From a virus (lineage: Duplodnaviria; Caudoviricetes), in IMG/VR virus record IMGVR_UViG_3300001918_000027, positions 1 through 62,660 of that record: DNA of 62,660 nt, one strand, 5' to 3'. Numbering within the stretch: the stretch's first letter is position 1; each line of letters opens with the position of its first letter. The position numbers were made by a program, and so were the translations under genes. The notes beneath the pieces are model-generated. The model searched no databases. It saw only the letters and a list, made by a program, of their open reading frames with translations, and was not told where the DNA came from. Shown piece by piece: positions 30,789 to 40,023 of the stretch.

Positions 30789-31359
30789 TGTTTTTAAATT
30801 TTGGAAGGTTATCGATATCGTAATCCCGTATTTCACAGGGCTGCATTATTCGTGCCCTGAAATCAGCTCTTACACCTGATACCCTATCGATGCCAACGAA
30901 GGAAACCGGTACGGTGAAATACTTGGTTTCGGGCAGCTGCATGGTGTCCTCAAAGAGGCGCTCCCGATCGTGCAAGAGTTTGAGAGCTTTAAAGAAATCA
31001 GCACTCGCGGCTTTCATTCGGTCCCAGTCCTCGGTCACCGGCCGCTGCGATGTTCCGGTTTTGGGGTTTCGGCGTGCCACCTGTTGTCCGTCGTAATACG
31101 TTGTGGTAAGGAAGAACATCGTGATATTAAGTTCCTCCCAGTTGGCTTTCCGGCTTTCGTTACTGCCGGTGCCCCTCGGTGGAAGAAGGAGAACGAGTGG
31201 ATACCGCTTCTCAATAGCGTTTTCGCTGAAAACCTGTGACAGGCTATCGGTATTTAACTCAAGCCCATTTTGCGGTGCCCAAAACAGTCGCCCCCCAAAG
31301 GTTTGGCTGCCATTGAGCACCGCTTTAAAAACATTGTATATCGTACCGTAGTGCTGCAT
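30778..31359 (-). CDS. Putative tail terminator
   Basis: YP.V.L.PP, D.VSGVR..F pattern; position. Confidence 0.5.
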   Translation of the reverse strand: MQHYGTIYNVFKAVLNGSQTFGGRLFWAPQNGLELNTDSLSQVFSENAIEKRYPLVLLLPPRGTGSNESRKANWEELNITMFFLTTTYYDGQQVARRNPKTGTSQRPVTEDWDRMKAASADFFKALKLLHDRERLFEDTMQLPETKYFTVPVSFVGIDRVSGVRADFRARIMQPCEIRDYDIDNLPKFKNNDC

Positions 31360-31790
31360 TATGCCTGCGCCGAAATGGGTTGAATACTGGCCTGTGCTAA
31401 ACTGGCTCTAATTTTTTCTTCTTCGTTAATGCGTTTCTGTACGCTTACACGAATAACCTGTGTTCTCGCTGTCCAGTCCTCGGCCAAGCGAATTACTTCG
31501 TGCTGTAGCCTTATGTATTCCGACATGCTGATGTCCAGGCTTTTCTTGCTTTGGTTTTCCAGCAGGTTGTTACAAACAGCGAATTCAAAAAGCGACAGCT
31601 GGTTTTTCGCCAACAGCAATTTTTGATAAAGCAGGTCAAAGTCTTTTATACCTATACCCAGCGTTGAGGGCGAAACGGTTTGAAGCATCGCCACTGCATT
31701 ATCCCTCCAAAAACCGGAGACATAATCAAGGGGTAAAAACTGTGACCTGAGGTCCTTTGCAAATTCTTGATTGAATTTTTCTGCAATCAT
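31359..31790 (-). CDS. Hypothetical protein
   Basis: 143-aa coupled ORF. Confidence 0.6.
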   Translation of the reverse strand: MIAEKFNQEFAKDLRSQFLPLDYVSGFWRDNAVAMLQTVSPSTLGIGIKDFDLLYQKLLLAKNQLSLFEFAVCNNLLENQSKKSLDISMSEYIRLQHEVIRLAEDWTARTQVIRVSVQKRINEEEKIRASLAQASIQPISAQA

Positions 31791-32281
31791 GATGTAGATT
31801 TTATTTGTGAGTGAGTACTAAATGACTTGTTATTGTTATGGTGTTTTAGGCTCCATATCCTCATGCATCCGAGCCGGAGTAATTCAGCATATTGGGATAG
31901 GGTAATAGCAGGGTTGCCGTTCTTCTTACTTATCCTTACCCATTCGGCTCTGAAACCGGTCTTGCCCTGCCTTACTGCAATCAGTCCGGTATGCTTTGGG
32001 CAAAGTGTCTTTGCCAAATCAATAAGGTTTTCGGGCACGGCATAAACCAGGCGATGAATTCTTTTGCTTTCGTGGCGGTGTCCTTTTTTAAAATCAGCCC
32101 TGAGGTCGGATGCACTAATTTTGATTTCAACTTCGGTGACGTACATATCCCGATTTACGTAGATAAGATCGGCTTCGTGTCGCAGGTTCCAACCAAAGCT
32201 TACATTGGGCACAATGGTATAAACCCGGTAATCTAACAGGGCGACAACGGCAGATTCTATATGTCCGGCATGCAATTTCAT
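31787..32281 (-). CDS. MmcB-like PD-(D/E)xK nuclease
   Basis: HEADL...EVEIKIS.SD..ADFKK. Confidence 0.75.
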   Translation of the reverse strand: MKLHAGHIESAVVALLDYRVYTIVPNVSFGWNLRHEADLIYVNRDMYVTEVEIKISASDLRADFKKGHRHESKRIHRLVYAVPENLIDLAKTLCPKHTGLIAVRQGKTGFRAEWVRISKKNGNPAITLSQYAELLRLGCMRIWSLKHHNNNKSFSTHSQIKSTS

Positions 32282-32550
32282 TTCCGGTTCTTAGCTGGCC
32301 TGCTCCAAGGGCATTGCCTCCAATGCTTTCGGTTTTGGCGTTGGTTGCCCATAACCCACTTTGACGGCTTCCAAAGGCTGCGGTTGGCATTTAACATTTT
32401 GCGTTCATGTTTTACAGCTGGCCTATTTGAGATCACTTTTGTAGCTGTGTCGACTACACCCATAGAAGCCTGATTGGCCTGTGCTGAGGGTGCCCCAGCC
32501 AAAGCAATTAAACCCATAAAAGCGGCCAATTTTCTTAACCCTGATTTCAT
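32278..32550 (-). CDS. Small basic protein with signal-peptide-like N-terminus
   Basis: MKSGLRKLAAFMGLIALAGAPSAQA; ATGA-coupled on both sides. Confidence 0.55.
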   Translation of the reverse strand: MKSGLRKLAAFMGLIALAGAPSAQANQASMGVVDTATKVISNRPAVKHERKMLNANRSLWKPSKWVMGNQRQNRKHWRQCPWSRPAKNRK

Positions 32551-33460
32551 CTTTTTGATTTTTGATTTGAACGTTGTTTTATAATTTCTGCTTCCTGATC
32601 CAGGGCTTGGGCTTCGCCGAGTTCTTTTTCCTCCGAGGCATAAAGGAGGACATCGAAGGCCCTGGCCTGCCTGGCGCTTTCGATACTGTTTAGCCCGCTG
32701 CTGGGGATGTCGAATACCTTGGTTTTGGCAATGGTCTTGAGGAAATTAATCCAGCCGAAGCGGTCGAAATGTTGCTGGCTGTATTTACCTGCTTTTGGCC
32801 CGCGGCTTGGGAAAAAGACGGGGAAGTTTTCATGTACAAATGCACAGAAGCGGTCAAAAAAAAAGCGACCTGAAGGGCGATATCCATTGGCAACTCCAAC
32901 ATCATGGCCAGCCTTTCACTATTGGGGTAAAGAAAGGATTCCTGATAGGGTTCACCTTTTTTTCGTAAATAGATTGCAGCCAGCTTTTGCATTGCCTCCC
33001 ATTTACCGGCACCGAGGTCAGCCATGTCCTTAATCATCTGCTTGCTGTCAATGAATTCTCCAAAAGCCATTTTACTGCCATGTTGCAGCTCCGGTGGGTG
33101 TAGCTCCCACTCGCAGTCCTTCCAAAAGAATTGTTGCTGAGGTTCAATGGTTTCCTCGTCATGCATCAATACCGCAAGGCTTGAAAAATAGATATTGGCA
33201 ATGTCATCAATGTACTGGCTTTGCTTCAATGCCTCGGGTGTGGTACCGGTAAAAAAAGCGAAAACGCAAAACATTTTCTCAAACTGCAGCTCTGATACTT
33301 CTAACTCTTTTTCGATACCATCAGGCATGGCGAGAACCGCTTTGACCTTTTCGTCAAGGTTGCGACCGTACTGATTATAGAAATCAATACGCTGCCCCAG
33401 GGTGATATCCCTGAGGCAGCTGGGCAGTACAAGATGTTTACCGTTGATGACTACACGCAT
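32547..33460 (-). CDS. Tail assembly chaperone gpGT-like -1 frameshift product (~304 aa)
   Basis: After GCT TTT TTT the -1 frame is open (FDRFCAFVHENFPVFF...FGWINFLKTIA...KSKR) to TGA 32547-32549, which overlaps the next ATG. Confidence 0.75.
32690..33460 (-). CDS. Tail assembly chaperone (gpG-like, unshifted product)
   Basis: LP....DITLGQ, FGEFID motifs; T9 slippery run at 32856-32864. Confidence 0.65.
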   Translation of the reverse strand: MRVVINGKHLVLPSCLRDITLGQRIDFYNQYGRNLDEKVKAVLAMPDGIEKELEVSELQFEKMFCVFAFFTGTTPEALKQSQYIDDIANIYFSSLAVLMHDEETIEPQQQFFWKDCEWELHPPELQHGSKMAFGEFIDSKQMIKDMADLGAGKWEAMQKLAAIYLRKKGEPYQESFLYPNSERLAMMLELPMDIALQVAFFLTASVHLYMKTSPSFSQAAGQKQVNTASNISTASAGLISSRPLPKPRYSTSPAAG

Positions 33461-33462
33461 GA

Positions 33463-34263
33463 CTAAGGCTTTGGTTTAGGTTTAGGTCCTGGCTTGACTT
33501 TTTCCTGCGGTTTGTTGACCGGCGTGGCTTGTTGCTCCTGTTGAGCATTTTTTTCGGTAGCGGCCACTGCTGCTTTCAAGGAGTTACGAAATATTGCATC
33601 GGCAGCAGCCCTTTCTGATTCAGTAAGTGGGGTATACTCGCCTTCTTCGAATTCTTCCTCTTCGAATTCATCCAAGAAGTTTTCTTCGAATTCATCCCGC
33701 AGGATAACGCCGTCCTGACCTTTGATATTTACCTTTTCGGCCTCTGCCTTTATGCGTTCCTCTAATTCCAGGGCTTCGCGTTGCGTTGCTTCATTTTCCC
33801 TTACGGCTTCCTGAATAGCCTCAACGAATTCAACGGTAAGCTCGGCGTCCTCAAAGTTTTCAAGGCCGGCCTTTTTGGCAACACCACGCAATACCATTTC
33901 GTCCTCAGGCAGCCTGACATCGGTAAGAAGCCCACTGGGGTCAATGGTTATTATGTTGAGGTAAAGCTGTTCTACTTTATGAAGAAAGAGCTGCTTTTCA
34001 TCACGGTCAATGTTGTGGTCGATAGGTGCATGCTGTTCGCCTATGATTATAGGTGGCAACGGTTTGAACTCAGTTGAGTGCGTAATACCGGCAAGAAAAT
34101 TGAGCTTGTTAAGCAGTTTTCTAAGTGCAGCCTTTACCCCTGTGATAATAAACTGGTTATCGGGATGGCTGGCGATTTTATCGGCATTGTCATGTATGTC
34201 CTGAAGTTTAGTAGCAAGGGTTTTCAAACCTTCCTGTGATGGTGATTCCTGTGTCATAGGCAT
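33463..34263 (-). CDS. Hypothetical acidic protein
   Basis: Long ORF with Glu-rich tract; TACCTTTG -7 box on minus strand near 34306-34313. Confidence 0.6.
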   Translation of the reverse strand: MPMTQESPSQEGLKTLATKLQDIHDNADKIASHPDNQFIITGVKAALRKLLNKLNFLAGITHSTEFKPLPPIIIGEQHAPIDHNIDRDEKQLFLHKVEQLYLNIITIDPSGLLTDVRLPEDEMVLRGVAKKAGLENFEDAELTVEFVEAIQEAVRENEATQREALELEERIKAEAEKVNIKGQDGVILRDEFEENFLDEFEEEEFEEGEYTPLTESERAAADAIFRNSLKAAVAATEKNAQQEQQATPVNKPQEKVKPGPKPKPKP

Positions 34264-34322
34264 TTTTTTTAGATGAGAAAAATTGAATATCGACTGATTG
34301 GAATTCAAAGGTAAGGGTAAAA

Positions 34323-34371
34323 GTTTTTTTTACTATTTATTCGTTTTTTTTACTAAATCAATTTATATTTG
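34323..34371 (+). promoter_or_regulatory. Promoter of second plus-strand island with direct repeats
   Basis: TATATTTG at 34364-34371; GTTTTTTTTACTA at 34323 and 34343. Confidence 0.6.
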
Positions 34372-34396
34372 CAGCATACAATTCAAACGACAAAAA

Positions 34397-34681
34397 ATGG
34401 CAAAAATCACATTTGAACAGCCCTTCGCCAGCGACAGCGAAGCCAAGCTGGCAGAGAGCATTAAGGCGTTACTGGACAACGCCTCATTCGCAAACAAGTA
34501 CGGCGAACCGGATTGCAGAAAGGCGGCACCCGCAATCAGAACCTTGGTTGGCAGCTTCGACCTCAACATGATAGTGGGTTGCGGAGGTAGCCACATCTGG
34601 ATTCATCGCAGCAATGAATTCAAGATGGGGCAGCACACCAGCATGGAGAACAAACGCTGGGCAATTGTAACCGAACATTAA
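34397..34681 (+). CDS. Hypothetical protein
   Basis: ATG 34397 after promoter; G.GGSHIWI motif. Confidence 0.6.
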   Translation: MAKITFEQPFASDSEAKLAESIKALLDNASFANKYGEPDCRKAAPAIRTLVGSFDLNMIVGCGGSHIWIHRSNEFKMGQHTSMENKRWAIVTEH

Positions 34682-34732
34682 TTTTCTAACCGCTCCCGGT
34701 GTAAAAGCCGGGAGCATTAAAAAGAACCACAA

Positions 34733-34984
34733 ATGCAAACGCCAACGCCAAACACGATTAAAGTAAGGGTAACCTGGAGTAGCAAAATACCTAATGTAAT
34801 ACAGGCCCCCTATCAGTTCAGCTACGAACTGACTGATAAAACAAAGCTGGAGTTGATAGAACGGTCTGACCTGGACATCAGGACCTTCTTTATAAATCTC
34901 TGGAGCGTGCAAATCATAAAGCAGCAGCATCCCGAGCACTGCAAGCTGTACGAACCCACCATTATAAAAACAGAAATCATTTAA
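34733..34984 (+). CDS. Hypothetical protein
   Basis: 83-aa ORF between hairpins. Confidence 0.55.
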   Translation: MQTPTPNTIKVRVTWSSKIPNVIQAPYQFSYELTDKTKLELIERSDLDIRTFFINLWSVQIIKQQHPEHCKLYEPTIIKTEII

Positions 34985-35024
34985 TCATCGCCCCGGCTTC
35001 GGCTGGGGCATAAATAACTTTTTT

Positions 35025-35378
35025 ATGAGTGAGATGAAACACACATCGGAGCCTTGGATTTATCAGGAAGGGAGCAAAACTATTCGATCGAAAAAACAAA
35101 ACTATTGGATTGCGTCAATGAATAGTTGGGATAACGCAGTTGACAATGAAGCCAACGCAGCCCGCATCGTTGCCTGCGTAAACGCTTGTAAAAACGTACC
35201 CAATGAGTGGCTGCAAGAAAACTCCATTAAGGCAAGAATTCAAGAAATCAGCCTTTTAAAAAAACAAAATCAAATTCTAATAGATACGATCATGGCGATA
35301 GTTGAGGAAGGGATTGATGAATTAAGTATATCTCAACTTCGGGAAGCCGTTGACCACTGTAAAAAAATAAGTCTTTAA
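35025..35378 (+). CDS. Phage protein of 'HTPGPW...EANARLIAA'-type family
   Basis: KHTSEPW...EANAARIVACVNAC. Confidence 0.65.
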   Translation: MSEMKHTSEPWIYQEGSKTIRSKKQNYWIASMNSWDNAVDNEANAARIVACVNACKNVPNEWLQENSIKARIQEISLLKKQNQILIDTIMAIVEEGIDELSISQLREAVDHCKKISL

Positions 35379-35431
35379 TCTACAGCCTCTCACATATCAA
35401 AATGTGAGAGGCATAAATTTCCATTTATCAT

Positions 35432-36115
35432 ATGAACACCTACAGCAAGTACGTACCAAATGTATTCCTCGCGAAGTGCGAGCAGGCCTATGAAAAAGGC
35501 GAAGTAATCGAAGTAACCACTAAGTACGGCAAGGAAAATGAGTGCATAGTCCATAATCTCATCTACCAGAAGGATGGCTACTATTACTACTCCATCACCC
35601 GTGCCGATGGCTTCGACCGGCAGGAATGGGCACGCCGGAAAGCAGAGCGCCTCCAAGGCTTTGCCGCCACTGCAGAGGCAAAGAGCAACCAATACTACGA
35701 AGCCTCCAACGAGGGCAAGGAGTTCCTGCGGTTGGCAGAGCCCATCAAGATCGGCCACCACAGTGAGAAACGCCACAGGGCCCTGATAGATCGCAACTGG
35801 AACCGGATGGGTAAGAGCGTGAAATTCAGCAAAAAGGCTGAGGGCTACGAGAGCAGGGCAGCATATTGGGAAAACAAAGCCAATGACATAAACCTGAGCA
35901 TGCCGGAAAGCCTGGAGTACTATGCCTTTAGGCTGGAGCAAGCCCAGGCTGAGCACCAGCGGCTAAAGGATAACCCCGAGCTGCGGAGCCATTCCTACAG
36001 CCTTACCTATGCCAAAAAAGCTGTGAATGAGGCGCAAAAGAACTTGGAACTGGCAAATAAGCTTTGGGGAGAATGCTCCCCATGTGAATCAAGCGAGGAT
36101 GTCGAAAATGATTGA
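35432..36115 (+). CDS. DUF3560-like protein
   Basis: EPIKIGHHSEKRHR motif. Confidence 0.8.
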   Translation: MNTYSKYVPNVFLAKCEQAYEKGEVIEVTTKYGKENECIVHNLIYQKDGYYYYSITRADGFDRQEWARRKAERLQGFAATAEAKSNQYYEASNEGKEFLRLAEPIKIGHHSEKRHRALIDRNWNRMGKSVKFSKKAEGYESRAAYWENKANDINLSMPESLEYYAFRLEQAQAEHQRLKDNPELRSHSYSLTYAKKAVNEAQKNLELANKLWGECSPCESSEDVEND

Positions 36116-36181
36116 TTACTAATACCAAATCTTTTCTAAAACCGGCCTGGGGTTTCGGCCTCAGGCCATAAAAATTACTTT

Positions 36182-36421
36182 ATGAAAGCACAATTAAACT
36201 ACGCCTCAGGCTGGGTAATGACCTTTCCCAAGCATTCCCTCGGGCCAATGCTATTTATGGAATGGCTGCAAAACAACCCGAGACACCCCAGGGATTTTAG
36301 GATAGAAAGCCATGCATCAGAGGAGGATGTATTGGATGACCACTTCGTAATTCGGTGGAAAAGCGGAAGCAAGGAAAGTATCACAGATTGTTTTGAGTAC
36401 ATTAAAGGAAACCTTATCTAA
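36182..36421 (+). CDS. Hypothetical protein
   Basis: 79-aa ORF, TAATG-coupled to GNAT. Confidence 0.55.
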   Translation: MKAQLNYASGWVMTFPKHSLGPMLFMEWLQNNPRHPRDFRIESHASEEDVLDDHFVIRWKSGSKESITDCFEYIKGNLI

Positions 36422-36828
36422 TGACCACACGCACACTATACCACACCTGGGAGGCAGCACCGGTAAACGAAATCAACGACCTTAAACTGGTCTGCTTCCC
36501 TCACTTACACCTTGCAACTGAGGAGGAGCGCATGTATGACACCATGTCAATGCATTTAGTAGTAAGGGTAAGCGGCCGGGTTGCCGGTTATGCCCGGCTA
36601 AGGCACATCAGCAACAAACGTAATCATGTCTACATCGACCGGGTTTGTGTTAACCCTGAATTCAGGGGAGCCGGCATATTTTCCGGCATGATGGCATTCA
36701 TTGAGCGGAGGTACCCGAAGGCCTGCCTGCGGCTAAAGGCCCGCTTCCATCTCGCCCAGGCATATAAGAAGATGGGTTACCAGCCAGTGGCGAGGGATGA
36801 GGCCTTTGAGTATTTGCAGAAGGTGTAG
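36421..36828 (+). CDS. GNAT-family acetyltransferase
   Basis: IDRVCVNPEFRGAGI, YKKMGY. Confidence 0.85.
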   Translation: MTTRTLYHTWEAAPVNEINDLKLVCFPHLHLATEEERMYDTMSMHLVVRVSGRVAGYARLRHISNKRNHVYIDRVCVNPEFRGAGIFSGMMAFIERRYPKACLRLKARFHLAQAYKKMGYQPVARDEAFEYLQKV

Positions 36829-36863
36829 GGGAGCCATTTTTAAACCAAGTTAATAAATTTATC

Positions 36864-37109
36864 ATGCATCATCAAATTAAGGTATTTCGAAACACAGCAG
36901 GAATTGAGGCCTTTCTTGCAGAAAACAATGTTGAGGTTATCGATATAAAATACATATTTACTCAGAATGTAGTGACGGGCCCTTATTTTAATACTGTAGA
37001 CCATAGTGGCCAGCCCGTTTGTCTAAGAAAGGGAGATATCTATGGCGATAGTCAATACATACTGGTTTTTAAAATTATAAAAGAATTGCCCAAAGAAGTC
37101 CTGGGTTAA
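36864..37109 (+). CDS. Hypothetical protein
   Basis: 81-aa ORF. Confidence 0.5.
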   Translation: MHHQIKVFRNTAGIEAFLAENNVEVIDIKYIFTQNVVTGPYFNTVDHSGQPVCLRKGDIYGDSQYILVFKIIKELPKEVLG

Positions 37110-37285
37110 ACTATAATACTTGCAATGTTGCAAATTTTTTACGTCGATATATTGATTATCAACGGATTGTGCATTTGTAAGGTTGCAAGTATTTTACTAG
37201 AAAAGTCTAATTTTAAAGTCAGAATACCAGAATCAAATAATCGGAATCAAGGTAATCCATATATTAGCACCCAAAATCTTATAAA

Positions 37286-37846
37286 ATGGCAACCTTTGAA
37301 GACGTACAAAAATTTGCAAACTCATACGGATTTAAACCTATTCAATCAATTCCGGAATTTAAATCGCTTAATACATTGCTGCTACCTGGGGAAAATTTAA
37401 AGGCGATAATTGAAGGACTCCTTAAAGATGTAATGGGCCGGTCCATTAATGGAAATGGAGTAGTTATTTGCACCGATCGAAGGCTTATATTTTACCGAAA
37501 AACAATTTTAGGTACAACCACTAAGGAAGAATATGCTATAGAAAATATATCCTCCGCTTCCTCTAGGATGGGTATTTTGAATGCTTCGGTCGAGGTAAGA
37601 GCTGGCTCAAATAAAGCTACAATAGAATACCTCAATAAAATTGAAGCAGAGAAATTTGTGAAAATCTTACAGGAGGTAATATATAATAAGGCTTCAAAAG
37701 AAGCCTTATCGGCAGCAAGCCAGCCACCTTCACAGAATCAAGGGCCCTCAATCCCGGAGCAACTCGAAAAACTTTTCGACCTTATGCAAAGAGGAATTTT
37801 AACGGAAGATGAATTCAGGGAACAAAAAGCAAGGCTTTTAAAGTAA
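37286..37846 (+). CDS. Bacterial PH-domain protein with C-terminal SHOCT domain
   Basis: L.PGE...CTDRRLIF PH motif; QLEKL..L...GILTEDEF..QKARLL. Confidence 0.85.
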   Translation: MATFEDVQKFANSYGFKPIQSIPEFKSLNTLLLPGENLKAIIEGLLKDVMGRSINGNGVVICTDRRLIFYRKTILGTTTKEEYAIENISSASSRMGILNASVEVRAGSNKATIEYLNKIEAEKFVKILQEVIYNKASKEALSAASQPPSQNQGPSIPEQLEKLFDLMQRGILTEDEFREQKARLLK

Positions 37847-37857
37847 AGATAATCCGG

Positions 37858-37881
37858 AGGTACCCAAGCGGTACCTTTTTT
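37858..37881 (+). terminator. Intrinsic terminator
   Basis: AGGTACC-caagc-GGTACCT followed by T-run. Confidence 0.6.
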
Positions 37882-38006
37882 CTTTAGGTAAATCAAATAT
37901 GTAATTTTTTATAATTTGCTCCCATTTTTGCTCCCAAATCCTTCGAAACCCTTGTCATTGCTGGTTGGTATACAGATAGGAAGGGATTAAAACCTAAAGA
38001 ATGAGA

Positions 38007-38636
38007 TTAATGTATACTTAGGTACAGATCGCTATATAGTTTATGAATTTCACTTTTAAGAACATTGAAGTCCCTTTTCGGAAAATCATTTACTACATGA
38101 TTTCTGCTCCCATCTTGTAGGTAAAGAAGCCAACCTTCCAACATTTTACAATAAATATCTTCAAAATGCTCCATTGGAATAAAATATCCAGATGGGGATT
38201 TCGATAAAACCCTCTCGACATTCTTAAAGATTGATATAATGTTTTTTCTATCATAAAGGATATCTGATTGGGAAACAACATCAAAACCGAAATCAAATTT
38301 TAATACTAAGTCAGTATCTATATCTAAATCAGGTATAGGAAAAATTGATTCAAGGGAATGGTTATTTAAATTTCTTGCCCATGCATTCTGGGGATTATCA
38401 TTAAGTTCTGCTTCGATTGCATGAACCAACTTAGTATCTATATGCTTAGGTACGGATTTAACTCCTATATTAAAACTACTATAATAACAAAAAAAAGAGG
38501 TATTTAAAGTTAAAATAGGCTCCACACAAATTTTTCTATAAAATCTTGGATCCATATCTGAACCCTCTTCGGGCAAACTTCTTACTAAATTAACCAGCAC
38601 TGAACGACCTTCGTAATTGATTATAAGGTTTTTCAT
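38007..38636 (-). CDS. Hypothetical AT-rich protein (moron)
   Basis: 209-aa ORF, visibly lower GC, after terminase. Confidence 0.6.
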   Translation of the reverse strand: MKNLIINYEGRSVLVNLVRSLPEEGSDMDPRFYRKICVEPILTLNTSFFCYYSSFNIGVKSVPKHIDTKLVHAIEAELNDNPQNAWARNLNNHSLESIFPIPDLDIDTDLVLKFDFGFDVVSQSDILYDRKNIISIFKNVERVLSKSPSGYFIPMEHFEDIYCKMLEGWLLYLQDGSRNHVVNDFPKRDFNVLKSEIHKLYSDLYLSIH

Positions 38637-38661
38637 AGATTTTTTTTGCTAAATTAATACA

Positions 38662-40023
38662 CTACACCCAATCCAGCATACTTTTTTTTCCAGGCCTTTC
38701 TTCCTGACCACCTCCGGCAACGACCATTTTGCGCTTCCGCTTCAGCTGCCGGTGGGTAGTAACGCCATACCTGATACCATCTTTTGCGTGGTTGTTCTTA
38801 TCCTTGGGTACGTTGGTGGGTTCCTTATTGGCATCGAGCTGCCATTTGTACTCCTGGTTTTCGAACCAAATATTCTTACTGTCCTCCGTGATGTAGTTCT
38901 CCATGGCACTGATTTGCTTTATACCATAGAGCACGCTGTCGGGTCCCTTTTCTGCCGGTAAAACATTGAATCCCAAATCTTTGAGCTCCTTTATGCTTTT
39001 CGGCTCGCTGCTATCGGCATATATGGGCGCCTTGCGGCTTACACCCCGGACCCGCATCAAATCAGCAAGGCCGGGGTTCGTAAGCCCTACTTCATAAATT
39101 ACCTCCCGGTAAAAGTTGCGGTTGTTATGGCTTTTAATTTCAATCAAGGCAACGGGGTCTTCACTATATCCAAAGTCCAGGCCGTAATAGCTCTGGTATG
39201 GCAGGCTCTCGAAGAATGCCCTGCTGATGGCTTTCCAACCCCGGTAAATTCTGCCCTTGGCGCCTTCCGGTACGAGGCCCAAGACGTCAATGTAGTATTT
39301 CTCCGGATTGTAGAAATTGCTGGCAGGGTTGCCATAGGCCCGGTACTTATTGATGGTTTTGTCGTTGAGGTTCTTTAGGTTCTGCTCATATGTACTGTGG
39401 ATTGCCAACAGCTCGGGGATCTGCTTTGGATGGGCTTTATAATATGGTAATGGCTTGCCCTGGTCATCAAACAGCCCGCAGTCCTCGAGATTGAAGAACC
39501 GCTTCATCAGCCAGTGGTTTTTGCTGGGCGGGTTAAAAAGCAGGATGATTTGAATGTTCTCCACCTTATTGGTCCGGATGGAGTCATCGAGCTTATTGAA
39601 GTCTTCTTCATCAACTTCCTCGGCCTCCTCGATGATGATGTGGGTAATACCGGCTAAGGATTTAAGCTTTGCGGACTGGCTGCCGCTGGACTTCTTAAAG
39701 CCCTTGGCTATGAAGCCATTGCCGGTGGGCTTATAAATGGCGGACTTCTTACTGTCAGTGATGGCAAAGTCTTCTTCGGGAAAATCGCTGCTCTCCAGCC
39801 TGTCCTTCCAGTCCTGGTAAAGGCTGTCTTTGATATCTGAGTACACCGAGCGCATGATGACACCACGGAAGTACTCAGGCTGTGTCATTCGATACAGAAA
39901 GTAATCTGTAGCGAAGTGGGAGCCACCCCGGGCACGGCCACCCCAAACGCAGATATACCGGGCCTTTGTAGTAAAAACCGGTTTATAAATACGGTTGAAG
40001 CGAGATCGTACCTCATGCACCAT
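38662..40023 (-). CDS. terL: Terminase large subunit (PBSX family)
   Basis: GGRARGGS Walker A variant, IIEEAEE, FNPP, GLDFG, ADS.EP, NHAKDGIRY. Confidence 0.95.
   Translation of the reverse strand: MVHEVRSRFNRIYKPVFTTKARYICVWGGRARGGSHFATDYFLYRMTQPEYFRGVIMRSVYSDIKDSLYQDWKDRLESSDFPEEDFAITDSKKSAIYKPTGNGFIAKGFKKSSGSQSAKLKSLAGITHIIIEEAEEVDEEDFNKLDDSIRTNKVENIQIILLFNPPSKNHWLMKRFFNLEDCGLFDDQGKPLPYYKAHPKQIPELLAIHSTYEQNLKNLNDKTINKYRAYGNPASNFYNPEKYYIDVLGLVPEGAKGRIYRGWKAISRAFFESLPYQSYYGLDFGYSEDPVALIEIKSHNNRNFYREVIYEVGLTNPGLADLMRVRGVSRKAPIYADSSEPKSIKELKDLGFNVLPAEKGPDSVLYGIKQISAMENYITEDSKNIWFENQEYKWQLDANKEPTNVPKDKNNHAKDGIRYGVTTHRQLKRKRKMVVAGGGQEERPGKKSMLDWV

Noticed and set aside
7742-33460. Tail-before-head and portal-after-capsid order as a novelty
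   Set aside because: From recall, similar orders occur in other Bacteroidota siphoviruses; not claimed as new.
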